Shown here: piece by piece, positions 31,601-45,463 of the stretch
How the letters are laid out: every line of letters starts with the position of its first letter
How positions within the stretch are numbered: the stretch's first letter is position 1
Origin: Bugula neritina
Taxonomy: Eukaryota; Animalia; Bryozoa
Assembly (NCBI GenBank): GCA_964035545.1
Contig: OZ037767.1
Location: forward strand, 5,286,707 to 5,350,706
Direction: 5' to 3'
DNA length: 64,000 bases
Translations under genes and position numbers: made by a program
The notes under the pieces: generated by a model
Databases searched by the model: none
Told to the model about the DNA's origin: nothing
The model's input: only the letters and a program-made list of their open reading frames with translations

Positions 31601-34600
31601 AAATTAGCATTATGATGTTGATATCCTTAAAGGCATTTCACACAGTGACTCTGATCAAGAAACGAATGAACCATTATGGAGTCCAGCGTGAGAGACCACT
31701 TAAAGGAGACGCCAGGTTACTGATAGGTATAATTTAACACTTGTAAGCTTTAACCACGGCTCCAGTCTCTTTTACTCACCAAGTGCTTCTATCAGTCAAT
31801 TATATACTTTTCAGTATATCATGGGCAGAAATTTCTACCTATACATAGTTGCATGAAAGAGTAGCTATAGCATTGATGGTCCTTGAAGCAAAGTTTTGTT
31901 TGAGACTGAGCAAAGCTAACTATAAAATTGTCGCAGAAAGATAGTTTTCAATTTTGAAACTATCTTGAGAAATCGAGCTTCATGTTTTGGATGCAAGTGT
32001 CGTACACAAAGCTAAAAATATTTTAGTGAGGTTTAAGCAAATAGAATAAAATTAACACGCAATCAATCAACGGGAATTCAAGGAAAAACAAATTTTCTTT
32101 AATATTTGAGTTCATAAGAAACAAGGTGGACAGCATAAAATTGCAATTTCTGCCTTAAAACGTATAAAACTACTTCACTGGCTGACAAATAAATGAAAGC
32201 TGCATTATTCTGCTGAAAAGGAAATAAGAGCACCTGCATATTTATTATTTATGTTGCTTGTTTTAGAAAGCGGTTATGAAACTAAAATTGATTCAAACCG
32301 TTTTGATATTGTGCAAATTTAAATACCATTATTGCACCTCTCTTTTGATATCTAATAGCAGTCTATAAATAATACATCAACTTCTGTTGCATAACTGTAA
32401 ATTAAGAATGTAGCATTCAAAATAGTACTATAATATTGTTGTAGCTGTAATGCAATCGCTAAAAGGCCTGAGTTATAAGAAATGTAACATGTTTATATTG
32501 ACAAAGATAAATATCAATGTCGTGACCATCAACTATAATTAGAATGAATAAATTACTTCTGGATAAACCACTATTAGTCATATGGCACCTCTTTCACTTT
32601 CCAAGTAATTGTTGATATCCACTCCTGTAGGTTTTATAACATAGCTTGCTAATATGTCTCAATCAGGGGGACGTAGAAGTAAGCACAAGAAAGATAACTA
32701 TAGGCAAAGATTTGTTTTTATTACTTTGAGTGACAAACGCTCATTTAAAGGTAATAAGTATTTTTTATAAGCTTTTAGCAAGCACAGCAATTTGAAACAA
32801 AATATGTGGAAAAACTTCAACATTTTTTAACCTTTTAGTCGCTACAGCAATTCAGCATTATTCGAAACATAAAATAAAATGCCAAAAATTGCTTGAACAT
32901 GCTGAAGTTCTACAAATCTAACATAGTTTTCATTAATAAAAATAGGATCAAGAGCACCACTTCAACAACAAACATTCTTCTCCCTATCAAGTTTATTAAC
33001 CATGATTAGAAGGTCATGGTAGAAAAATTAAAAGTACTCATGTTGCTTCATTGAAAAGTACCGATTTCTGACTTATTTCTGTTTGTAATGAAATTCATTT
33101 GGTCAGTAACATGCATATTTTTAAAAACTGCTGCATTCCTAAACAACAAAAATATTGCTACTATTAAAATTTGATACATGAAAACAGTTATAAATTTACC
33201 AACAAATACACTATTGATGAGTGTCATTTATTATGTGGTGTTTGAAGACAGCTGTGATAGTTTTAGGCATATAGTGGCACACTTTTCTTGTACAAAGCCT
33301 GTAGATAAAATCTCTAGAAATTAGCCTAATTCCGAGTTGGCTTCAGCAGATGAGATATACTAAATGAAGCTATTTATCAAAACCATCTCCCAGGAAGCTA
33401 TCCGGCATTATATACAGCTCATGGCAGATGACCAACAGCTCCTGTTTACAAATAACAAAATTCTAGCACTCAATTAATTCACTTAATATCTAATTTTCCT
33501 TGTTTACTGTTACACAGCAAATGGCTTTATCAAGGCTGGCCATACAATAGAAGCTATTAGTCATGTTTCATAACTTCAAGCATTGAAAAATAATTTTCAT
33601 ACACTTTATATCCTTTTCTCAAATGGATACTTCAATATAATTTATGTAATACGAATTTTTTTCAAAATAGATCATTTTCACAAAATTTTCATAACAAGAG
33701 TTTAATTAGAAAATTCTTTTCATTTGTCATATTATACTTTTTCAAATGTTCATCAGATGTGGTTTTAAAATTATTATAAATTCAAAACACTTACGATTTA
33801 AAAATTTATTTGTCAGGATTTCAGCACTGATTAGTATTTTAGTATTGTCAAAAGACTTGAATATGAATCTAATGTCATCCAGACAATAACCATGCATTAA
33901 CAGTTTAGATCCTAGTTTTACAGATTTGTTAAAAGAGTATTTAATTGACTTCTAAATCTTACAATCACTAATACATTGTTATATTTGCTTTGTATCATAT
34001 AAATGAGACTGTTTAAATATAAATTTTGAGAAGAATATTTGATTAAACTCCCATCATCAAGGCGAGGTAATTAGGTTGTGTAAGAAATGCTCTTCTCAAA
34101 GTGCAAAAATCTTCTTGCAAATAATGTACGGGTAAATAAAATCGGTCATATTTCGTCTCCTAGTCTATTTACATAATTGCAACATTGTATATATTGAAAT
34201 CCGGGCCAGTTGTCTTATTCATGAAGATCGTTGCTACATCATCACCCAAAACTATTGTAGCAAATTTAGTTCACACAGGTAGGTTTTTTGTTGATTGATT
34301 TGGAATACGATACTGACTATTACACTGGCTTACGACCTGCATATCTCAATAGAAGTCCAGTAGCCAATATACTCCATTTATTTGCTTACAGGTTATTCTA
34401 GGCTTGTCTTTAGTACTGAGGTTGACTCAATTACTGCGATAGCATCTAGATTGATATTATTTTTGTGTGAGTAATGAGCTTTCAATGGGTATTGTTATTT
34501 TACGAGCATTTAGCAAACATGTTCGTGACAAGCTTACATATACATTATACAACTAGCTCGACAATAGCGCCAATATTTAACTTTCTGCCAGGCTGTCAAT

Positions 34601-37600
34601 TAATACCTGGCGTCAATAGTTTTACAGAAAAAGCTTTTTTAGTGGGAGTATCACTTACAATGTCTGCATAATACATAACAATGGAAAGAGTATCGCTTAG
34701 TTTTGCATTTGGCTCCTTACGTTATTAACATAACCTCATATTGTTTTGATAAAAAAGTTACTAACTTCAAAATCAGATGTAATTAATAGTACAAATTAAC
34801 ATAAATTAACAAACTTTGTTACCTACTTTGCATTTTTATTGCATTTAAACTTTTCATACCCTTCAATTTTCTTGTCTCTATACGAGCAAATATAGCTGCA
34901 GGCAACACCAAGTAAGGCAGAATTACTGCATTTGGCTAAAAATTTATATGACATTTACAGTAGATTAAGCATATTATTATAAGCAAATTCATTCTCACCA
35001 ATTTGAATTGCATCAATTTATTTCATACACAATAGTTTGACAACTCCAAGATTGCCAGTTTGAAGAATGCTCCTTGCTAAACTTAACATCAATCACTTTG
35101 GAACAGCAGAAAGTCACAACCAAACTGTGTTGATAAATTTTTTCTCTTAAAAATAATATATTAGAATGTTATATTGAAAATATTGAATTTCTGACAAAGG
35201 TTTGCTGTTTTGAAAAATTACTCTTTGAGTGTGATTATGTTATTTCTAGCACGTACTTGTTGGCTATTTCACTGTAATATGCTCGATCACATGCAAGTAG
35301 GTAATTAAAAAGAAAATAAAAGAATTTTAAAACTTTATAATTATAGTAAAAGATATTACCAGCATTACCGGAGAAGCATTAAGATAACTGGATCATCAAC
35401 CCAAATAAGTCTTACTTAAAAAAATTAATTTGATTTATACGCTTTTGGCTCTAAAATGTGCATAGCAGCTTTGTGGTGTAGAATGTTGTTGTGACACAAA
35501 TGTATTTTAAGTAATTGTATTTCAACTCATTGTTTATCTCTTTGTGATTTATGCTTTATAAATTCTCACCTATCTCCGCTTTGTCCTGTTCGGGTAGCGG
35601 GATTTATGCTCTATAAATACTATACAGTATCTTTAAAGTTACTGAATGCAAAAGATGAATTGGTATTGCTAGTGTACATGCAGCAAACGGTTAGCAATAA
35701 ACCACTTTCATTATATAACTTTGCTGTTTTAAATTACCGCTAACGATACTTTGGGTTTGAACTTTTGGCAAAGTTCCAATTCATTAAGAGCGTCTCTTTT
35801 TAGCATTAGAATAATAAAAATCGATCAAATTACACATTCGGTTATGCTGGTAAGAATAGTCGGTGTGTGACTAATGTATAAGTCAGTGATGATTGTTGTT
35901 ATTTGTCACCAGATATATATCCGATTGACCAATCATGTTGCATTGCCTAAATATCAACATGATCGTTTGTTTAGAATAAAGCGACTAAAATAATAACTTA
36001 TGATAAGTGACAGTTTGAAGGTTTTTATCCCAGGCAGGTTGTGTCGCCATAGCTTTTTAACAATAACCAATTCTTAAATCACAATGGCAACTTTTAGCCT
36101 CATTCAATGGCATGAATAAAAGATGTAAAACATGGTTACTGTATCAAAATTGATTTCTACAACTTTTATTGTGTACAGCAGCAAAGAATAATAAGTGTGA
36201 AAGGGTATAGTAGCAGTGATATGGATACACAGTAAATATGAAAACAATTCTTACAATCATAGTGACAGTTAGACGTAGATAATTTTCTTAAACATTGAAT
36301 AAAATATCTCATCAGGATCTGTCGCCAATCAGTAAAAACTAGACACAATACAATGCAATCTAGTTAGCTTTATAATTAGCTCTCACAATGAGCATAGAAC
36401 AACAAGCTGCTGCGTTGTTAATCCTATGTATACATGACACACTAACTATCAGATGACACATCATCCAACAATATAATAAGTAAATGGTGAGTAATTATGC
36501 TTTCTCAAAACTAATTGTTATAGTAACAGCAAAGATATCCGGCCTGCCCTACCCTAACAAAGTGGGATCTCCACATACTCTTGTTTATTGATCATGAACC
36601 ACATAGCCGACTCAGCAATTTTATCTATACCCTGGTTATAGTTTGAACAAAAATACTGAAAATTAGGTATTAAAAATACTAAAACTATAACAGTTTTGTG
36701 CACCTATAAAAATGATTATGTAATAAAGTCAACTTAAATAGAATATATCTTGTAATATTTATATTCCTGATTAAACTGTTATACAGATTGTTTAGACAGC
36801 ATGAGTGTCATTATGCACCTTTGACACTTTATTAGGAGCACATGACCGTCTGAAAAACAAATTTTAAAACTAAAATAGATTAACTATTGACATATGTGAG
36901 AGCTACCAAAATTTATACTCTGCAATCAACCATCTATTTGGAACCAGAATTAATAAACCAAAACAAAACTTATTATGCCTTACTCAAAAACTACAAACAC
37001 CCAAACAAACAAGTGAAAATTAATGCATAGAGTGAAGCCTGGAAATGACCTTTTACTCGCCAAGTTTTTAAGAACACTTGAAGTGTGTTTAGGTTGATCA
37101 AGTATCAAAAACATCTCTTTTAATGTATCATTACTTAAATACTTCACTAATTCTTTTAAAGCTGCTCTAAAAATGCAGGTGTACACATTCATAATTCTAA
37201 GAAAATTCTTTGGCTCTAGGGAGGGGCATTCTAATCACCTTTCAACAATTTTCATTCAATCTAAGCGACCTTGCTAAAAGATGATAATTCATTGTAAGTG
37301 GGTTAGTTTTTTAGACAATACAAATAAAGTTTTAGATGATCTTTATGTCAAAATGGGATTAATAGACTTGAAGAGACTCAATGATAACGGATCATTACTA
37401 AATGTTGTTTGCTCTTCCATTATTTATGAAATTTTATCTGCAGGCCATCTTGATATTAAAATAATAGGGAGAGTAAGGGCCCTAGGCAGACTAACCATCA
37501 ACAGCCTCAACTCAACTGGCTTGTCCATGTAACAGCTGCTTGTTGTTTATGAAGTTTTAATTTGTGATAAATGTTAAAGAATATTTTACATGGGCTAGAT

Positions 37601-37645
37601 ATAATGTGTTTTTACCAGATAACACGAAACTATTATATGAAAAAC

Positions 37646-37789
<144 letters not shown>

Positions 37790-38189
37790 ATTGTATACAT
37801 TGTATATAGGCCTACTGTATGTATTGTATGTATTGTATGTATTGTATATGTTTTTTGTGCATATACATTGTATATAAAATTATATAAATAATTAAACAAC
37901 ATGCATTTTCTGCTTCATTAAAGTAGCTTTAATTTTTTTATTTGTTGAATATATAAAGAAAGCAAAATGCTATTAAAAATATATTTGATATGTGCATAGT
38001 TTTACTGATTGATGAAATGTTAGTTTATATGTAGATTAAATTATGTAACTAGAGTTGTCTTCACCTATTTTGCTAGTAATGATCGAGCAAGTTTTTAAAT
38101 TCTCCATGAGTGAGAATGCCATATACATATATCAGTATTGTATGCAAAGTTGATATTACATAATTCTCATAAAAGCTCACGCAAGGTTT

Positions 38190-38337
38190 TGGTTGCCATC
38201 TCTGTGAGAAACTCTTGATGGAAGGGCTTTTTTTTGTTAAGTTGGGATAAGACTTATTCAGATGGAGCATAGGAGCAATTATGACTGGATGCTTTACTTA
38301 ATATCACCAATGGCCTTTGTCGAGGTTCGAACCCATG
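38190..38337 (-). mobile_element. SINE copy lacking the A-box end, just upstream of the UBR7 promoter region
   Basis: gccatctctgtgagaaac...ggagcaattatgactggatgc...ggttcgaaccc. Confidence 0.8.
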
Positions 38338-39770
38338 TGTGATAGTTTCATGTTCCCTAATTTTGATGAAGCTAAAGCGCAGCAATCGTTAGTAGATACG
38401 TAGAGTTGCTTCCTCAATGCAGCATGCTTTTTGGTTTAAAGTTGATTTTCTACTTTAGGTTGAGGTTGTGGGGGCTGCGATGATCGTTTCGCAACCCATT
38501 GTGACGATTGTAGCGTTTGAGTTTTATGAAACACCGCGCTTTAAAACAAATAGTGTTAGAAGCAGCCCCAATTTTGGAATGGCTTAGTGCAGGTTTATAT
38601 AAACACTGTTGTTCAAATTCTACACCCTTAACGCCAATCCCGATACCCCGGTCAATGCACTTAGTGACCATCAACTCGGTGCTGCTTTCAGTATCTTTCT
38701 TCAATTTGTTATTATTTTGTTTTCCAGTTGAGTATTCTGTGCGAGCGTTCGTGCATGCTAACCATAGTGTTTATTATTATTTTTATTGTAATCAGGAAGA
38801 ATGAATCAAACTGTGACCAGCTGACTTTGCAATTTGCAGATTTTGTATTAGTGTTGCATGTCTCATTACTGTCATTAGCTGTGTTGAGTTTAATTTTAGT
38901 TGATTCACTTTCAACAACTGCAAAGTGAAAGTGCAATGTTATTGTTAAAGTTAAACTTAAAGTTAAACTTAATCATAATGACTAATGAGTGATGATGTAA
39001 TACTAATAGTAATTGTATTACTTTACTATTACTCTATTACTATTAGGCTTAGTTTTAGTATAGGTAATTAGTATTACTAAGTCAAAATGTTAAACTTAAA
39101 CCTAATACTTATACTAAGCTTAAGGCTAATGGCACCAATCATAATCATAATGATAATGATAATCATAATCATACCGATACGTCATAATAATGATAATCTG
39201 ATTATGATAATCATAATATTTCAATCTAATCAGTAAATGTAATCGCTCTCTAATGAGTAATGATTGTAAATGTAAGCAACACTAGCAGTAACTCACTTGC
39301 CCTTGGTCTTAATCTTTTTTGTAAACATGACTTTACTTGTGTGAACAGTGTGATAGATTTATATAATATTTAAATATATAGCCTACATATTTAAATGGTT
39401 TTAAATTAGAATATAATAGTTGCATTCATGATAATCGTATTAATGATTTATAACAAATGCACTAGTCATTCGAATAATTATAATGATGGTGATTATAATA
39501 ATTATTGTTTTGTTTATTAGGAACATTATCAATATGGTTATGAATGTAATATTATTGGTAATTGTAATCTTTTAATAACTTATTTCTAGTTATTGCCATA
39601 GACCTAGTGATGATTATATATTATTATTTATATTGGGAATTAACACTAAGAGAAAAAATTGTTGAAGCTAAATTTACAAGTGGTTACCACACTGAACTTG
39701 TAGTGATTTACATGATTGTATATGCATTCTATATTGCATATTTAAATCATATATATGACTATGAGTCTTT

Positions 39771-40266
39771 GTAGTTGATACGTAATGTGTCCCTGTAGTT
39801 GATGTGTAGTGTGCTCCTGTAGTTGATGTGTAATGTGTCCCTGTAGTTGATGTGTAATGTGTCCCTGTAGTTGATGCGTAATGTGTCTCTGTAGTTGATA
39901 CGTAATGTGTCCCTGTAGTTGATGTGTAATGTGTCCCTGTAGTTGATGTGTAGTGTGTCCCTGTAGTTGATGCGTAATGTGTCCCTGTAGTTGATGCGTA
40001 ATGTGTCTCTGTAGTTGATACGTAATGTGTCCCTGTAGTTGATATGTAATGTGTCCCTGTAGTTGATGTGTAGTGTGTCCCTGTAGTTGATGCGTAATGT
40101 GTCTCTGTAGTTGATACGTAATGTGTCCCTGTAGTTGATACGTAATGTGTCCCTGTAGTTGATATGTAATGTGTCCCTGTAGTTGATGTGTAGTGTGTCT
40201 CTGTAGTTGATGCGTAATGTGTCCCTGTAGTTGATGTGTAGTGTGTCCCTGTAGTTGATGCGTAAT
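39771..40266 (+). repeat. 24-bp minisatellite, ~21 copies, straddling the splice acceptor of the first coding exon of UBR7
   Basis: Unit gtagttgatRYgtaRtgtgtcYct. AGs fall every 24 nt from 39774 to 40254, and the array ends just before the ATG at 40268. Confidence 0.95.
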
Positions 40267-40267
40267 C

Positions 40268-43200
40268 ATGACTAGTGGTGAGCCAGGGACCAGTGAGTTT
40301 ACTGAAGGAGAAGAGGAAGTGCCAATCTCTCTGAATGAATATATAGAAGCTGAAACCCAACTGGAAGAAGATGCCAGAGCAGTGCTGGGTAGCTCAGATG
40401 CACAGAACTGTTCATATGCAAAGGTTAGCTACAGTCTGTTGACAGAGCGACATCGAGTGTATTTATTTTATATACAGTGATCTCTCCTTAACTCACGATT
40501 TCTTTTCTCGCAAAATTCAATAGGTTACTAGAAGGGTTTGGGCCTCTATTTTGTGTCTTATGTATGTGTATAGGGACAAAATGGCCAAATTAAACATATC
40601 CATGAGTTAAATATGATGTTCTATGTCACGAATTGAGGGTTAGAGATTTGCAGCTTAGAGAGTTATGGAGGGAGCACTATATTAGTAAACTGGTGTGTCT
40701 AAACTGTCTTATCTGCAGGGATACGTGAAGAGGCAAGCTCTGTATACATGTGTGACGTGTTCTACTGAAAAGGGAAAGGCGGGGATCTGCTTAGCTTGCA
40801 GTCTCAACTGTCATGATGGCCATGACCTTTATGAGCTCTACACCAAGGTACACTTCTGGTGGTTTACACTGTATACGTCTCTGTTAGGTCTCTTATTCCT
40901 GCCTTTTATGGTGCAAACCGCATCTACTTGGTGAATTGTAATCTAAACAATATTCAATTACAAGACATTTAAATTATTTCTGTACCTATTGACTTAGTAA
41001 GTGATTAGAAAATCTTCATTTTTCAATGTTGCAGCTTTTGAGCTTTAGTAAGCAAGTAATTGCTGTAAGGGGTTTGAGTCTAACCGCCCCATATTATTTA
41101 ATTTGTGTAGCACTATAAATTTTGTATCCTACACCTGAAAACCAATTTTCTCTCTTGTTTTACTAGCTGATTTATTTTTTTTCTGAATATAACTTTAGAG
41201 AAACTTTCGGTGTGATTGTGGCAACAGCAAGTTTGAAACTAAATGTAAGTTACTGGCTGGCAAGGAGGTGGTTAATACAGACAATAAATACAATCAGAAC
41301 TTCACAGGCGTCTACTGTGTCTGCCACAGGCCATATCCAGACCCAGAAAGTGAGGCAAGTATGGTTTGCCTGGGTTTTGTATGCAGACGTTTACATGAGA
41401 TTCATGTTATGAGTTTCTATGCTTTGGTTGAATGATTTCCACTTTGTTTTACTTGATTGGGGAGATGATTCTAGTGCTTTCATAAAATGAATTCAGCATT
41501 ATTTCTCTTATCCAATAACAATTTTTACAGACTAGCATTTTTCATTAATTTCCTGAGCTGTAGCAGCCAGTCTGTTAATGATGGGAGTTGTTTTTTCTAG
41601 TTGTGTTGAATACCAGTTAGTTCTCTAATATCTAAGCACCTAGGGTTTTCGAGTGTGAAGCAACAAATTTACTAAGCTGGCTTAGTTGAGGTTTGTCCTT
41701 TTAGAATGTGTTCCTAAACTTCTGTCACCTGTTACAATGAAAGCAAAGTGCAGTAAATCAAAAATACAACTTGATATAATTATGACTTTTTGAGCATCTT
41801 CTCAATGCAAAGTGAGATTGTGCCATAGCAACAGAATTTAAATTTTTTTAGCATTTTTTAAATTTTGTTCATGCTGCTAGCCTAAATTTTCAAAAAATAC
41901 TTCTATATAGTTGTTTTAATGATTTTTGTGGCTTTAGTTTAATTGTAGAGACTTACGATAATTTCCCAATAATGTTTAGGATGACAGAGAGATGATACAG
42001 TGCTGCGTATGTGAAGATTGGTATCACGACAATCATCTTGAGCTCGACAGCGATCAAGCACCTGCTGACTACGAAGAGATGATCTGCGTCACGTGTGTTC
42101 GGCAGCATGCCTTCCTCCTGAATTATGGCTCCAGTTTTGTTGCTGGTATTTATGTAGCAATATTCTAGATATATGAATATTTTTTTAGACACTGTAGGAG
42201 TATCTGATATACCTGGAACCTTTTTCATGATTTACATTCTAGAGTCATAGTGATAATGGTACTGGAACTATATAGTGTTGCATGATATTTATTTATTCCA
42301 GTTACCACAATCTTTGTAGTATTATTTGTAACACCATAAAATATTGCTGAATACTGAAAGTGGAATTTTAGTGTGAAAGTTCCTCCAACCTAAGAAATCT
42401 AAAAATCTATCGTTATGGATAAACAAAAAAAACTCCCGCAAATTTATAGTCACCATCCCTATGAGAAACCCCCTGATGAAAAGGGTTTTTGTTAAATCAG
42501 GCTGAAAACTTATTCAGATGGGACACAAGAGCAGTTATGACTAGATGCTCTTCCTAACATCACCTATGGCCGTTGTTGGGGTTCAAACCCATGACTTTGT
42601 GTTTACTAGGCAAACGCTCTAACCCCTAGACCACTGCTACTCCCTATCTTTATGGATATATTCATCTGCAGAGAAGTTGTCTCCTACTGACGAGAAAGTA
42701 GAGGTCAGTGTTACCAAATCTGAACACGACTGTAAGAATGTGAAACAGGAAGCGTCTGATGATGCGGCTACGGCTACAAAGCCTGAGGTCGACAGTACGC
42801 CTCTACATGATGTCAACTCTCAGTCTATCAAACAAGAGCCTGGTTAGTTGAGGCTAAATTCTGTCTTTTTTAAAACTATTTCTGAAATACAAGTTTTATT
42901 TGAAAAAGTAAGCAAGTAAATTTATCAAGAGCTTGTCTTTTCCTTGGTCTACCTAAATTTAGCTTCGAGATTTAAAAGAGATTTTCTGCTATTTTCAAGT
43001 TAGCAACTCTCAATATAAGTTGAAAGCGTTACCCCAGCTCTGATTGATATTTATACACAGTATAGTACGTATCATGTGTTGTAGAAGTCAAGCTGTGTCC
43101 ATATCTGAAGACACACAAAGGTTCTATGTACAAACCCAGGACACTATTCATGGTGGCTGAGTGGCGGACTAAACTGTGCACATGCAGCCAGTGTGTCCAG

Positions 43201-44699
43201 CTGTATAGAGAGAAGGATATTGGTAAGTTGTATGCTGCATATTCCACCTTGTGTCATGCGTTTGTTTGTTTGTTTATCTACACACAATGTCTGTATTTGC
43301 TACCTTGTGATAGGAAAGAATGTTTGTGTATTCAAAGTGATAACTTATTAATCTAATTTTACCAAAATTTTCTGTAATTGAAACGTTTTTTACACTTATG
43401 AGTTTTAACTTGGAGTGTTTCTCACCTATTCCATTAACTTCTTTTTATTCTGATGTCAAATTATGGCCTATAAACAGAAAATATGTTTTAGATTTATATT
43501 TGTGTTAACAATTTGTTGCTACAAGTTGGATGCATGCATTCACTATGTAGCTATTTTCATTGCTTTATTTATACTTGAATCAATATATTGATTAAGTTGC
43601 CACTTGATATAAAACACAACTTGAGCTAGAATAAGCCATTTTGGTGATGTGTAGGCTACAGAGTGGTTAGGGGTACTAATAGACCGTCCCCTATCTCATC
43701 ATTGGTTTGATTGCAGAGTTTCTGCTAGACCCAGAGGATCCTAATCATGTGTATGAAGAAGCTAATGTTGAGAATGCAGATGGTGATAGTACGAGCTACG
43801 AGCAGGGAATGTCGGCTCTCTCCTCCCTGGACCGTGTGCAGCAGGTGGAACTGATTGCTGGTTATAATGACATGAAGGAAAATCTCGTGGAGTACTTGCG
43901 GAAGTTTGGTTCTAACAAGGTATAATACACACCTGAAATACTATGACTTGCGCTACTCATGTGTACTGTTTGTGCTATATGTGTAAACATGTAAGTGGTG
44001 CTTTACGTGACATGAAATGTTAACCTTTTAGGGACTAGATACTATATAGTGCTTCAAGAGCCAATATAAATTTCAAATGAAAACATAATGTTTAGCTTAT
44101 TAATGGCTAGTTTTCCATTTATTGTGAGTGCTAGGTCATGAAGCCTAAATAATTCAAGCCTAAGAATTTTAATGGCGCAGTTTTAGATGTTGAGGTTAGC
44201 AATCACTATGACTGCTGCTCTAGTGATAAGATAACTCTGGTTTTCTGGTAGAATATTTGAAATCAATTTGTGATTGGGCAGATAACTCCCATTTAATTAA
44301 TAATGGTTTTCTTGGACTTTCCTTGGGTTACTCCCAATTTTGAATTAAAAGTAACTGCCCACAAGGTTAAGCAGTTAAATTATGCTGTTTTATTAACTAG
44401 AAACCAATTATTGCATAACTCCGACTGAATAATCATACAAGGGAGACTACCTCTTCCTTAACTTACTTTATATTAATTTTAAGCATCGCATTTTCACTAT
44501 GATTGTCTAAACCCCTGCCATTGTAGCATACCACTTGCAGGGCTATACATGTACAGTTTTTATGGAGTTTTTCTTTTATTGGGTTAATTATTAATTTCTT
44601 TATTTTTAGGTTATTCGAGCTCAAGATATTCAAGAGTTTTTCACTGACCTGAAGAATAAACGAAGGAAATTGTCAGTACCCCCCTCTTCATGTTCATAG
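40268..44699 (+). CDS. UBR7: E3 ubiquitin ligase UBR7 (UBR-box + PHD-like finger); coding exons 40268-40423, 40719-40847, 41199-41354, 41980-42145, 42672-42842, 43085-43222, 43717-43919, 44610-44699; ~402 aa
   Basis: Motifs AVLGSSDAQNCSYAKGYVKRQALYTCVTC, AGICLACSLNCHDGHDLYELYTKRNFRCDCGN, YCVCHRPYPDP, EMIQCCVCEDWYH, WRTKLCTC and LDRVQQVELIAGYNDMK are all characteristic of UBR7. Phases are consistent if intron 3 is GC-AG. Confidence 0.95.
40475..40679. mobile_element. Small Tc1/mariner-type MITE in a UBR7 intron
   Basis: ta-cagtgatctctccttaactc ... gagttatggagggagcacta-ta: imperfect TIRs with TA flanks. Confidence 0.65.
42422..42643 (-). mobile_element. Full-length SINE copy with 15-bp target-site duplication
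   Basis: Flanked by ctatcgttatggata (42407-42421) and ctatctttatggata (42644-42658). A and B boxes are on the minus strand. Confidence 0.88.
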
Positions 44700-45463
44700 G
44701 AGTAAGAAATGAGACTAATTGCCTTCACCAATCTCTCTAATCTCACAACCATTTACGTCCTATGCTAGTCAAAACTTACAATGCTAGATATTTTTTAAAA
44801 TGGTCTTTTTTTGACAGATTTTAAAATGATATAAACTTCCTTCATAACAGTGTGGAGATGATAATTTGGATGTTTTTTTAATTAAACAAGAGCAATGGCA
44901 TGATGAACAACTGCTATTTCTTGTTTGATGCTTTCAGACAGATAATAAAGTGATCAGTGTCAAGATGAAAACTTATCTATAGTAATTTCATATAATATAA
45001 ACCGATAACCTCTTGATATAACAGAACTCAACATTATATTGTATAAAATGATTTAGTTTATTAATATGGCACTGCAGTGATTTCAAATTTCTATAGATTT
45101 ACACTGGAATTTTGATTGGAAAAAGAAATAGATATAAAAATATTTACAATTGTTAATTTATGTTCAGAAAAACACCTGTCGAAATGCCGACTGCCTAATA
45201 CTAAAGCAGGTAATTAACTCTAGCGATTGTCTTCTCACTATAAAATCCATATAATAATATACAGAAACCTAATAGAGCGTTACATTAGATAGTAATAAAT
45301 ATATATAAGAATGGAAAAAAGTTAATAAAACATTACATGGAAAATATAGATATGTATAAAAATGATAATTACATATTTGTCCATTAGAGTGAATTCAATT
45401 CCATAAAAATAAAGAAATTACTGACTAGATACAAAGTATGACTGCATTATGATGTACATGAGT

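Noticed and set aside
39771-40266. Regular repeat array resembling CRISPR
   Set aside because: There are no unique spacers and no cas genes, and the context is eukaryotic.
39674-40360. 228-aa minus-strand ORF of STTGTHY repeats (and the overlapping 175-aa HQLQGHIT ORF), superficially mucin-like or adhesive
   Set aside because: By-product of a 24-bp minisatellite that lacks stops in two minus-strand frames. It is antisense to UBR7 exon 1 and has no convincing gene structure.
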